Shown piece after piece: positions 17,191 to 24,694 of a stretch of DNA of 30,370 nt. Position 1 is the first letter of the stretch. Every line of letters begins with the position of its first letter. The DNA comes from a virus (taxonomy: Duplodnaviria > Caudoviricetes). The notes below the pieces were generated by a model. It ran no database searches. It saw only the letters and a list, made by a program, of their open reading frames with translations, and was not told where the DNA came from. The position numbers and the translations under genes were made by a program. The stretch covers positions 1-30,370 of IMG/VR virus record IMGVR_UViG_3300030330_002396. One strand, 5' to 3'.

Positions 17191-19370
17191 TATTCTGCCT
17201 TCTGTATGCTTCTAAAGGTTATAGCTCCTGCTACCTTCAATGCTCTTAATCTGGGTCGTCCCTTTGTTGTCGTTAATTTAAATTGTAAACCGTAGGCCCG
17301 TTTGTTACCAAATCTTCCCCGAAGAGACACATCTTCATCAATAGCAAGTTCTTCCCCGTTTATATTAGCAACCGTTCCGAGATCTATAATAGCATCAATG
17401 TTCTCTGTTATTGCTTCCAAATTTGCATCAGAAACATTGTTTTCAGAAGATTGCAGGTGAAGTTCAAAATTATTCCACTTCTTCCGGTCTATAGAACCAA
17501 CAGTAAACATCCTGCTTGTAGCCGATGCTGCTACTAAAATGCTGCTAGCTGAAGCTCCAATGGCGTCAACATATAGGTCTGTATCATCTGATCTTGATTC
17601 ATATTTATGAACCCCGCCATTCCGATTGATTGCGTAAACACCCCTTTGAACGCCTGATCCACCTACCAACAAATATGTGTACTCCCAATCCGAGTCATTT
17701 ATGGAATCCAAAGATTCCCATTGCTGATTCAAAAAGTTATAGACTAAGAGAGCATTGTTTGTGGTGGAGTCGTCTAGCGGAACGGCAATGTAATATCTGT
17801 TATCAAAGTAGGCAGAAACTGCCTTATCTGCATGATCCTTGTTGATTCTTGAAATGGTTCCTTGGATAGAAGAAGACAATGGAACGTCTTGGCCTCTAAG
17901 GTTGTAAAGATCAACAAAGTCTAGTGCATACACTCCATTGTCAGAAAGGAACATTAGCTTGTTTCCTATCTGCTGTATGCTGTTTCTAGCCAAACAACCT
18001 ATATCGCTCGTGATAACTTGGGACACACTGCTTCCCAAATCTAAGCTATTTTTTACAGTATGGATGCTGTTGCGATTAAAGACTACCAGTTGGTCGTCAG
18101 AAAAAGAGTGAAAACCCACAATAAAATCAGACTCTCCAGCATTAAATCTAAACTGTCCGTAAATTCTATCATAAGTGTTTTGGTCTAGTATATCCGAAAA
18201 CAAAGCCTCATCCAAAATATTTCTATCGGTAATTGTAGCAGATCCAGAAGATCCAGTAATATCAAACTGATAAGGAACTACCAACCTACGCTGATGTGGT
18301 ACACCAAACTCTGGAGCCGGCATATGGCTAAATCCTAGACCAATAGATGTTTTCTTTTCAACCGTAGCAGTTTTGTTTGTAGCATCAGCTTTATCCGTAA
18401 CAAAAGTAAAAGTTGTTGAGTTTGTTATAGATCTAACCCGAACGGTGTCACCAAGAGAATAACCAGAGGTTCCTACGGTAGTGACTGTAAGCTCATCTCC
18501 AACCAACAAAGAACTAGTGCTAGACACTGTAGCCGTTGCTATACCTGATGCAAAATCAAGATCAGTAATTGATAAAGGTGTAGGTTGAGTGTATGCTCCG
18601 TTAGAAACTAAAGAGAATGTAGTGGTGCTAATGTCTCCATCCCACTGCATAGCTATCTTTCCTTTTCGGAATATAAATAACTTGTTAAATGCTTGAACCA
18701 CATTGCTTCCTCTCGGAACCGTTTCTCCGGTAGGATATGTAAGAGATACTGTTGTTGCCCCGCTGTCCGAAGTTTTTACCAATACTGTTTTGTTAGTTCC
18801 AACAACAGCAATGTAAGATGCTGCATCGTTATTAGGATCTGAAAATTCACAAGATGCTTCTATAAAGTTTGAATCACTATCTAGCAGTCTCATTCCTTTG
18901 ACGACCATAGTGCCGCCCGGTGTTTCAGCTAAATCAGTAACTGTGTAGGTTATTGTATCTGCATCTACAACTGTAGCAATAAAATTACCGTTTGGATCAA
19001 CACTACCAGAAAACGTCAATCCACTGATATTTACTCCAGTGTTAGTTGTTATGTTGTGGGCTGAATTAAAATTAACTTGGATGGTTGAATCAGTTCTAGA
19101 AAATGAAGCAACTCCACCACCTATATTGGTTGAGTCATACAGCTTGAACGGAAGAGCAAGAACAGCAGCAGAAAATGGAGCAGAGAATATATCCATACCT
19201 TTCCTTGGTTGCCACTCACCATTCAAATCCATTCGTCCATTTTCAGAAACAGACAAGACTCCAAAAGGAAGCTGGTCAGGTCTAAGCTTATTGTTAAAGC
19301 CAGAAAAGCCTTGGTCTAGGTCTTCTACAACCCGATCATCGGCCTGTCCATATGTATCATATCTAGCCAT
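17190..19370 (-). CDS. Tail nozzle / stabilisation protein (T7 gp12/P22 gp10-like)
   Basis: 726 aa, beta-rich; LVVFNRNSI, DIGCLARNSI, LMFLSDNGVY, LLVYN...W propeller-like segments. Confidence 0.8.
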   Translation of the reverse strand: MARYDTYGQADDRVVEDLDQGFSGFNNKLRPDQLPFGVLSVSENGRMDLNGEWQPRKGMDIFSAPFSAAVLALPFKLYDSTNIGGGVASFSRTDSTIQVNFNSAHNITTNTGVNISGLTFSGSVDPNGNFIATVVDADTITYTVTDLAETPGGTMVVKGMRLLDSDSNFIEASCEFSDPNNDAASYIAVVGTNKTVLVKTSDSGATTVSLTYPTGETVPRGSNVVQAFNKLFIFRKGKIAMQWDGDISTTTFSLVSNGAYTQPTPLSITDLDFASGIATATVSSTSSLLVGDELTVTTVGTSGYSLGDTVRVRSITNSTTFTFVTDKADATNKTATVEKKTSIGLGFSHMPAPEFGVPHQRRLVVPYQFDITGSSGSATITDRNILDEALFSDILDQNTYDRIYGQFRFNAGESDFIVGFHSFSDDQLVVFNRNSIHTVKNSLDLGSSVSQVITSDIGCLARNSIQQIGNKLMFLSDNGVYALDFVDLYNLRGQDVPLSSSIQGTISRINKDHADKAVSAYFDNRYYIAVPLDDSTTNNALLVYNFLNQQWESLDSINDSDWEYTYLLVGGSGVQRGVYAINRNGGVHKYESRSDDTDLYVDAIGASASSILVAASATSRMFTVGSIDRKKWNNFELHLQSSENNVSDANLEAITENIDAIIDLGTVANINGEELAIDEDVSLRGRFGNKRAYGLQFKLTTTKGRPRLRALKVAGAITFRSIQKAE

Positions 19371-19622
19371 CTAACAATTCCAAGCTCTCCTGCTCCAGTA
19401 GTTTGCAGACAGTTTATTACTCTTACCCTTTATCCCACCTGACCTAGCACAATAACTTTTCTTACGTGCCGGGTTATTCTTTTTGATACTCATGTTAGCA
19501 TCACCAAAGCGTACAATTTTTTCCTTACCACCCTGACAAGCTTTCACGACAAACTTCTTCCCGCCAGAAACATCTCTGCGGGGCTTGTTGCACTTCATCT
19601 TGGACTTATTTATTTTTGCCAC
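19371..19622 (-). CDS. Small basic protein
   Basis: 83 aa K/R-rich with KIVRFGD...RKKSYCAR...SANYWS; stop abuts the nozzle ATG. Confidence 0.8.
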   Translation of the reverse strand: MAKINKSKMKCNKPRRDVSGGKKFVVKACQGGKEKIVRFGDANMSIKKNNPARKKSYCARSGGIKGKSNKLSANYWSRRAWNC

Positions 19623-19857
19623 TTCTTACCTTTGCTTTGGGTGTGTTAGCTACAACTGTTTTTCCTTTGGCTCCTGCTCGTTTCTTTTTCTTTGCAGTGG
19701 CGGCTCTTTCAGCCTTGGTAAGACTTAGTGCCTTGCGTCTAGGCAAGCATCTATCTGGCATCTTCTTGTTAGGAGAAGTTCCACACTTGCCCTTAATAGA
19801 TCCATCAACACCTATCCTTACCCAGTCTTGCTTTAGCCACTGTTTAAGTTGAGCCAC
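19606..19857 (-). CDS. Small basic protein (possibly DUF5872-related)
   Basis: GTG start in a TAGTG overlap; LKQWLKQDW...CG...RCLP...SLTKAERAAT. Confidence 0.75.
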   Translation of the reverse strand: MAQLKQWLKQDWVRIGVDGSIKGKCGTSPNKKMPDRCLPRRKALSLTKAERAATAKKKKRAGAKGKTVVANTPKAKVRSGKNK

Positions 19858-20030
19858 TATCTTCCCTTCCGTTTACCGCCTTTAGCTTTCTTAGCGTAGT
19901 TTGGATCTTTACAATACTTAGATGCAGCCAAGTTAGCGTAAGCAGAAGGGTACGTATCAAACGTCCTTCTAGCCCAAGCCTTGCCCTCTGGACAAATCTT
20001 ACCTCCGCTTTTAGCTTTTTTTCTTGGCAT
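19857..20030 (-). CDS. Small basic protein, 57 aa
   Basis: ATG at 20030 (MPRKKAKSGGKICPEGKAWARRTFDTYPSAYANLAASKYCK...) preferred over the TTG at 20102. Confidence 0.75.
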   Translation of the reverse strand: MPRKKAKSGGKICPEGKAWARRTFDTYPSAYANLAASKYCKDPNYAKKAKGGKRKGR

Positions 20031-20139
20031 TTTTTTTGCGATTTTTAAGGGCTCTAAAATCAGCACCTGTAATTTTTTTCCGAGGTGGAGCAACAGCGGC
20101 AAGTCGCTTCTGAGCTGGGCTATATTTACTAAAAGGCAT
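20011..20139 (-). CDS. Small basic protein, 42 aa (not in the ORF track)
   Basis: MPFSKYSPAQKRLAAVAPPRKKITGADFRALKNRKKNAKKKS; TAATG overlap with the upstream gene. Confidence 0.75.
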   Translation of the reverse strand: MPFSKYSPAQKRLAAVAPPRKKITGADFRALKNRKKNAKKKS

Positions 20140-20321
20140 TATGCGTTCCAGGACTTTCTAGCTTTGGATTGTGCAGCCTTAGACAGTTCCCCGTAGTGAA
20201 ACAATCTCCTTGAGGTCTTGCCATGCGTCTTTCCAGAGTGAAGCTGACCATTGGGCATTTTATGCTTATTGCCCTTATGCTCTTTTCCATCCCGGAAATA
20301 ATGTTTCATACCTTTTCCCAT
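20139..20321 (-). CDS. Small basic His-rich protein, 60 aa
   Basis: MGKGMKHYFRDGKEHKGNKHKMPNGQLHSGKTH...; TAATG at both ends. Confidence 0.8.
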   Translation of the reverse strand: MGKGMKHYFRDGKEHKGNKHKMPNGQLHSGKTHGKTSRRLFHYGELSKAAQSKARKSWNA

Positions 20322-20387
20322 TATCTTACTCGTCTCCTTCCTATGCAGGATCTACACCCGCAAGATTTTTTTCTTAACCTTGGGCAT
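20321..20387 (-). pseudogene. Basic micro-ORF interrupted by a 1-nt frame offset at an A7 run
   Basis: TAATG at both ends but 67 nt long; as written MPKVKKKILRV*, with one fewer A it reads MPKVKKKSCGCRSCIGRRRVR*. Confidence 0.5.
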
Positions 20388-20443
20388 TACTTACGTCTAC
20401 GCCCCTTAGATTTACCTTTTGGTTTTTTATAACCGTAAGCCAT
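20387..20443 (-). CDS. Basic micropeptide, 18 aa
   Basis: MAYGYKKPKGKSKGRRRK; TAATG at both ends. Confidence 0.65.
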   Translation of the reverse strand: MAYGYKKPKGKSKGRRRK

Positions 20444-20508
20444 TATCGTCTTCCTTTCTTTTTCATAGTTTTTCCCATTGGGCATTTTTTACGTTTTCCG
20501 TAGTCCAT
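20443..20508 (-). CDS. Basic micropeptide, 21 aa
   Basis: MDYGKRKKCPMGKTMKKKGRR; starts 1 nt after the upstream TAA and ends in TAATG. Confidence 0.65.
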   Translation of the reverse strand: MDYGKRKKCPMGKTMKKKGRR

Positions 20509-20509
20509 A

Positions 20510-20860
20510 TTATTCTTTTACGTCTAAGTAGTTTTTGTCGCGTAGTTCAAAATTAACACTACCATAGCTTTTCAATTTTTCTACAGTAGAGCCAATTTCC
20601 TCCATGTTTTTTTCAAGGTATTGTAACCTTAAATTCTGTTCAGCATCGTCAGGTAAAGCTCCCAGTTCTCCTCTAGGCCATTTGATACGGAACTCAGTGT
20701 TCATCCCTATCTCAACATCCCTAATGTTCTGAGCGTTCTCTAGCGACGCTATACGCGAAGTCATATTCACGTAACCCGTCACACTAACTACAGTAAACCC
20801 AATCAACGCAATCAAGTTGCGTAGAGGTATAGTCACTGCTGTCTTGTCGCTTATATCCAT
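20510..20860 (-). CDS. Single-TM coiled-coil protein (possible lysis accessory)
   Basis: Hydrophobic LIALIGFTVVSVTGYV followed by heptad-like segments; TAATG coupling. Confidence 0.6.
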   Translation of the reverse strand: MDISDKTAVTIPLRNLIALIGFTVVSVTGYVNMTSRIASLENAQNIRDVEIGMNTEFRIKWPRGELGALPDDAEQNLRLQYLEKNMEEIGSTVEKLKSYGSVNFELRDKNYLDVKE

Positions 20861-21270
20861 TATTTAACTTGCGAGCTTCCAAAGTAAAATCCTAGTAAAG
20901 CCAGCATCCCTTGCCTAACCTCAGGCAGCAATACAAACCCTTCTAAATTTTTCCATTTATCTGCTCCTATTCCTAAAAATTTAAAAATGCCAAGTTTCTG
21001 TGCCTCGATCGTCACTGGTATGTCAAAGAAGGCCATGATGAAGGGAGCAAATACCACTGAAAACAAGATGCACATAGCGATGAGCTTACGCACCCATGCT
21101 CCACTTTCTCCTGATCGTTCTGCTGCTCTGTCTGCTGAAGCATCCGAAACTTTCTGCTTCTGAATCATGGATTTGATAGCGTTTGCTTGGATGTTCATTT
21201 GTGCCGAGATTAGTTTCATTACAAATCCCGTGACTCCACCCCCAAGCATTGCCACTAGTTCACCACTCAT
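20860..21270 (-). CDS. Holin-like membrane protein
   Basis: Three hydrophobic segments; WVRKLIA and terminal LLGFYFGSSQ resemble 3TM holin motifs. Confidence 0.6.
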   Translation of the reverse strand: MSGELVAMLGGGVTGFVMKLISAQMNIQANAIKSMIQKQKVSDASADRAAERSGESGAWVRKLIAMCILFSVVFAPFIMAFFDIPVTIEAQKLGIFKFLGIGADKWKNLEGFVLLPEVRQGMLALLGFYFGSSQVK

Positions 21271-21431
21271 CGCTTTCTTAAATCTACTATTGTTTTATAT
21301 ATCCAAAGACCCATGTATGCTATCGTGCATACCGAAGCTATAATAGACATAACCTCGCTAATTCCTTGAAAAGAAACAGCTAGTATTGATCCTGTTGCTC
21401 CTAGTCCAAGCTTGTTAAGCTCGGGGTTCAT
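21267..21431 (-). CDS. Small 2-TM membrane protein, holin-like, 54 aa (not in the ORF track)
   Basis: MNPELNKLGLGATGSILAVSFQGISEVMSIIASVCTIAYMGLWIYKTIVDLRKR; TAATG start overlap and ATGA stop overlap; basic C-terminus. Confidence 0.75.
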   Translation of the reverse strand: MNPELNKLGLGATGSILAVSFQGISEVMSIIASVCTIAYMGLWIYKTIVDLRKR

Positions 21432-21739
21432 TACACAAATTGTGAAGCGTGAACAATAGAAGTACCTGATACACCTAAAAACTTAGCAGCCGCAGCAGCC
21501 TGAGCACTAAGGGTAATTAGCTCCTTCTCTTTAACTAAGAGATGACCATTAGATGCGGTAGGAGTGCTACCATCAAATGTAACAATGACATTGTTGTCTT
21601 GTACATCAATCATAACGTATTTTGTGTCACTATCAAAAGCAGCAAAAGACACGCCAGATCCTGATGTCGCACAGGATAGGTTTTCTCCAGATACCGTTCC
21701 GTTTGGTTGGGGATATAAGTTTGTTATTAGACTATTCAT
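21431..21739 (-). CDS. Hypothetical beta-rich virion protein
   Basis: 102 aa; VTFDGSTPTASNGHLL; coupled by TAATG at both ends. Confidence 0.65.
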   Translation of the reverse strand: MNSLITNLYPQPNGTVSGENLSCATSGSGVSFAAFDSDTKYVMIDVQDNNVIVTFDGSTPTASNGHLLVKEKELITLSAQAAAAAKFLGVSGTSIVHASQFV

Positions 21740-22368
21740 TATCTTGATTGTTGGCTGACATACGTCTTGAAACGCTGCCCTACTGTGTTGTTGTTGTAAA
21801 CTTGCTGAGGATTATCTAAGGACTCAGCTAAATACTTTTCGGCAATTTCTTCTTCAAAACCTGCCTTTGAATGCTGACCGTCCATACGCAAGAAATCAGC
21901 GTAAGTTGCATGGGCCATAAAATAAAAATATTCTTGAGGAACTTGTGTTAAAGAACCAGAGCCATCTGTGTCTAAGCTTGTAAGAAGCGTAACTGGTTGT
22001 CTATAAGTGACAAAGACACTAGTTGTTGAGTCAGCCGTTGTTAGGTTAATAACATGAGCCCCATCGCTCTCTACAAAAAACTCAAAATCAATAGTAGAGT
22101 TTTGTAAGAAAGGCTGTTCTCTGTTTATTCTAAGAAACTCCCCTATGGTTGTTTTACTAGTTTCAGTAAAGGGAACTATAGAGTTTGCTATAGTTCTTTC
22201 TTCACCAACGGTAAGATACCTAGCCCAATATGGAGTGCGATTATACGCCTCAAAAAATCTTCTATTAGCTAAAGCCAATAGCTGAGATATTTCTGCTGTG
22301 GTAAAGTCTGAATTACCAGCAAGTGCAGAAATTAAATCAAATAAATCTTTATTAGCCTTGTCTTGCAT
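21739..22368 (-). CDS. Putative head-tail adaptor (T7 gp11/P22 gp4-like)
   Basis: 209 aa, helix-beta-helix layout with PYW and VPQEYFYFM; lies between MCP and nozzle. Confidence 0.65.
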   Translation of the reverse strand: MQDKANKDLFDLISALAGNSDFTTAEISQLLALANRRFFEAYNRTPYWARYLTVGEERTIANSIVPFTETSKTTIGEFLRINREQPFLQNSTIDFEFFVESDGAHVINLTTADSTTSVFVTYRQPVTLLTSLDTDGSGSLTQVPQEYFYFMAHATYADFLRMDGQHSKAGFEEEIAEKYLAESLDNPQQVYNNNTVGQRFKTYVSQQSR

Positions 22369-22673
22369 TATGCTTTATTAGGACTGAGTTCAGGAAACTT
22401 CTTGTTGTAATACTTTAAAAATTCTTTGCTTGTAACTGTTTCTGCTCCGTACTTCTTGACCAGTCTGAAGTAGTCTCTAGCAGGAATGTTGGCAACGCAT
22501 TTTCCTAAAACTGGGTGAGTTTTACCAACATTTGTCTTTGCCTCTTTAGCAGTAGCATTGATGCGATCTTGCTCTTTGGCTCGCTCCATCTTGAAGCCAG
22601 TTTCAATCTCACGCAGAAACGCTCGATTGACCTCACCGTCACTATACTTAGGTACTGATGTAATAATATTCAT
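22368..22673 (-). CDS. Hypothetical protein
   Basis: ATG at 22673 (ATGA overlap with the upstream micro-ORF) preferred over the TTG at 22694; KCVANIPARDYF...FLKYY...PE. Confidence 0.7.
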   Translation of the reverse strand: MNIITSVPKYSDGEVNRAFLREIETGFKMERAKEQDRINATAKEAKTNVGKTHPVLGKCVANIPARDYFRLVKKYGAETVTSKEFLKYYNKKFPELSPNKA

Positions 22674-22831
22674 TTCTTTTTTAGGAACAAACAACTTTTA
22701 AAAAATTTATGAAGGCTTTTTGCTACAACAATAAACGATTGTCCTTCGTCAACAGATACCCCTAGGGGGTAATATCTACTGCACGACAACTTAACATTGC
22801 AGCTCACTCCTTGGCATTTAATAATATTCAC
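22670..22831 (-). CDS. Small four-cysteine protein, 53 aa (not in the ORF track)
   Basis: GTG start; (M)NIIKCQGVSCNVKLSCSRYYPLGVSVDEGQSFIVVAKSLHKFFKSCLFLKKK; fills the gap exactly and ends in ATGA. Confidence 0.6.
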   Translation of the reverse strand: MNIIKCQGVSCNVKLSCSRYYPLGVSVDEGQSFIVVAKSLHKFFKSCLFLKKK

Positions 22832-22834
22832 AAT

Positions 22835-23119
22835 CTACCTAGAAGCTGCTGTTCTTCTTTTTGTAGTTGGCCCAGGGCTTCTTGATTTTTTGAAGGTAAC
22901 AGTAAAAGGAGGAAGCTCTAAAGGCTTTCTGTTTACTGTTCCTTCGGTGCGATCCACAAGACCATCTTTTCTAGTTTTTCTAGCTGTTTTGCGAGCAGCT
23001 TTGCGATTAGTTCTAATCTGTTTTTTTACAACAGATCTGTTTCCACTTAGCTGCTTACCAGTTGTAGGATCGGTAGTAACAAGATAAGGTTCTAATATAA
23101 ATGTGGGCGTATTTGGCAT
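22835..23119 (-). CDS. Basic hypothetical protein
   Basis: 94 aa K/R/T-rich (RKAARKTARKTRK); first gene after the capsid terminator. Confidence 0.6.
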   Translation of the reverse strand: MPNTPTFILEPYLVTTDPTTGKQLSGNRSVVKKQIRTNRKAARKTARKTRKDGLVDRTEGTVNRKPLELPPFTVTFKKSRSPGPTTKRRTAASR

Positions 23120-23140
23120 AGTTAAAAAATGTAAAAGGTT

Positions 23141-23176
23141 AAAAAAAGGGAGGCCAGAACTGGCCTGACCTCCCTT
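23141..23176 (-). terminator. Intrinsic terminator after the capsid genes
   Basis: On the - strand AAGGGAGGTCAGGCCAGTTCTGGCCTCCCTTTTTTT: GC stem-loop plus U7. Confidence 0.85.
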
Positions 23177-23196
23177 GATAGTTTTATTAAAAAGAA

Positions 23197-23679
23197 TTAT
23201 CCTCCGAAGTTGTCACCAGCAGTTGGGTGATACTTGAACAAAATTCTGACTTTACCTTTGGCTGCGTCGTTTGGCGCATTTCCGGTGAAGTTGTAAGTGA
23301 GGTCTACAGCAGAAACCAGATGCAATCCATCGTCAAGAAGAGCACCATTATTGGTGAATATCTTTCCGAGGTTGCCGCTGTCGCTGAAAACATCAACTTC
23401 ATCAACAAAACCGTCAGGATCTCCGTCATCACCGAGAGCAATAGTAGCGTCCGAAATAGCGGAACCACCATCTGTAACTTCAGCAGTTACAAGCTCGTCA
23501 ACGATAACAGCAGCTCCGTAAACTCCACCAGCCATTGCTGCACCACCAACTTGGATGTCAACAGCAGTGGCAGAGCCAGCGGTAGATCCAAGATCAGTTG
23601 TCAAGTCAACGACGGCTTCATAGTTAAAACCAAGAGCCAAGGTTTCAATGTTCTGTACTTTCTTAAGTTCAATAGCCAT
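23197..23679 (-). CDS. Putative capsid decoration/cement protein
   Basis: 160 aa, acidic, beta-rich, ATIALGDDGDPDGFV; directly after MCP with a strong AGGAGG RBS and before the terminator. Confidence 0.65.
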   Translation of the reverse strand: MAIELKKVQNIETLALGFNYEAVVDLTTDLGSTAGSATAVDIQVGGAAMAGGVYGAAVIVDELVTAEVTDGGSAISDATIALGDDGDPDGFVDEVDVFSDSGNLGKIFTNNGALLDDGLHLVSAVDLTYNFTGNAPNDAAKGKVRILFKYHPTAGDNFGG

Positions 23680-23699
23680 TTTAATGTACCTCCTATGGT

Positions 23700-24692
23700 T
23701 TAGCTAAGGGCTGTGATTTTACCGTGAGCACCAGGATGGTACATCAAGAGTGTAAGAGCACAATCAACAAATCCGCGCTCGCCACCACCTTGATTGGGGA
23801 GACGTGCACTGCCCATTGGGATCAACTCAGAAACACCGTAGTATTCTGGGTGAACCAAGTAACCAGTGTCTTTGTTAGCTGTGTCTGGCATGCAGTCAGG
23901 ATTTCCGTTGATAACAGAAACCAATCCGTGGTCGGACTGATAAACTTCAACAGAAAGCTTAATCTGAGCTACATCACCATTGTAACTTACTGAACGTACA
24001 CCATCGTCAGTAGTGCTTCCATCCAATCCTACGCGAGCAAAATCACTGATGTCGCGACGCAGAGCAGTGTCAGCAACCAATGTTAAACCATTGCTAGCTC
24101 CCGTAACACGGTAGATAGAAGTGATTAGGTTGTTGAGAACTGTTTCCGTGAAGTTTCCACTTGAGTGAATGCTGTCAGCAGGAGTACGGAATGCAGCAGG
24201 AACGTCAGATGGTCCTGAAGAATCAATCCAGTCGCCAAGTCCACGCAACTTGTAAACCGTTCCAGCTCCATCTTCCGCAGCGCGGTCGTTGGTAGAGCAA
24301 AGAGTGGCCTCAATGTCACGTTTTAGTTCACGGATTGCTTTTGCTTCGGCTTGAGCTACTTTAGCAGGTCCAACGGAGTCAACAGCTTCCTGTAAGTCGG
24401 AAACCATGTAGTCGCGGCGGAACTTCTGAACGTAGTTGCCAAGACGCGCGCGGCCACTGAATTGATCAGTGAATGTAGTAACGTCAGCCCCTTCAGCTAT
24501 ACCAGCAGTGCTGGGAGATGAAAGACTGTCTACAGTCCACTCAACAAACGTAGCGTTTGCACGAGCCTTTGATGCGGATGAAAGGACAGGCGTTTCTTCG
24601 GGGGCCAAGATGGTAAGTACATCCATCAAGTCCTCACGATTGGAAACAGCCGATCCAGGATTTGTGGTATCAAATGTGTCTGAGAATGCCAT
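23700..24692 (-). CDS. Major capsid protein (DUF5309/SU10-like, HK97 fold)
   Basis: NREDLMDVL...PEETP, EWTVDSL, EGAD, RLGNYVQKF, KAIRELKRDIE, YQSDHG. Confidence 0.92.
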   Translation of the reverse strand: MAFSDTFDTTNPGSAVSNREDLMDVLTILAPEETPVLSSASKARANATFVEWTVDSLSSPSTAGIAEGADVTTFTDQFSGRARLGNYVQKFRRDYMVSDLQEAVDSVGPAKVAQAEAKAIRELKRDIEATLCSTNDRAAEDGAGTVYKLRGLGDWIDSSGPSDVPAAFRTPADSIHSSGNFTETVLNNLITSIYRVTGASNGLTLVADTALRRDISDFARVGLDGSTTDDGVRSVSYNGDVAQIKLSVEVYQSDHGLVSVINGNPDCMPDTANKDTGYLVHPEYYGVSELIPMGSARLPNQGGGERGFVDCALTLLMYHPGAHGKITALS

Positions 24693-24694
24693 GA

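Noticed and set aside
19857-20102. 81-aa ORF-track call with a TTG start at 20102
   Set aside because: The extension overlaps the TAATG-coupled 42-aa ORF; the ATG at 20030 is the better start
22757-22772. Near-palindrome TACCCCTAGGGGGTA
   Set aside because: Single imperfect copy inside the four-Cys ORF, with no second instance noticed
23680-23720. T7 10A/10B-style frameshift extension of the capsid protein
   Set aside because: No slippery heptamer near the MCP stop, and the next gene has its own strong RBS
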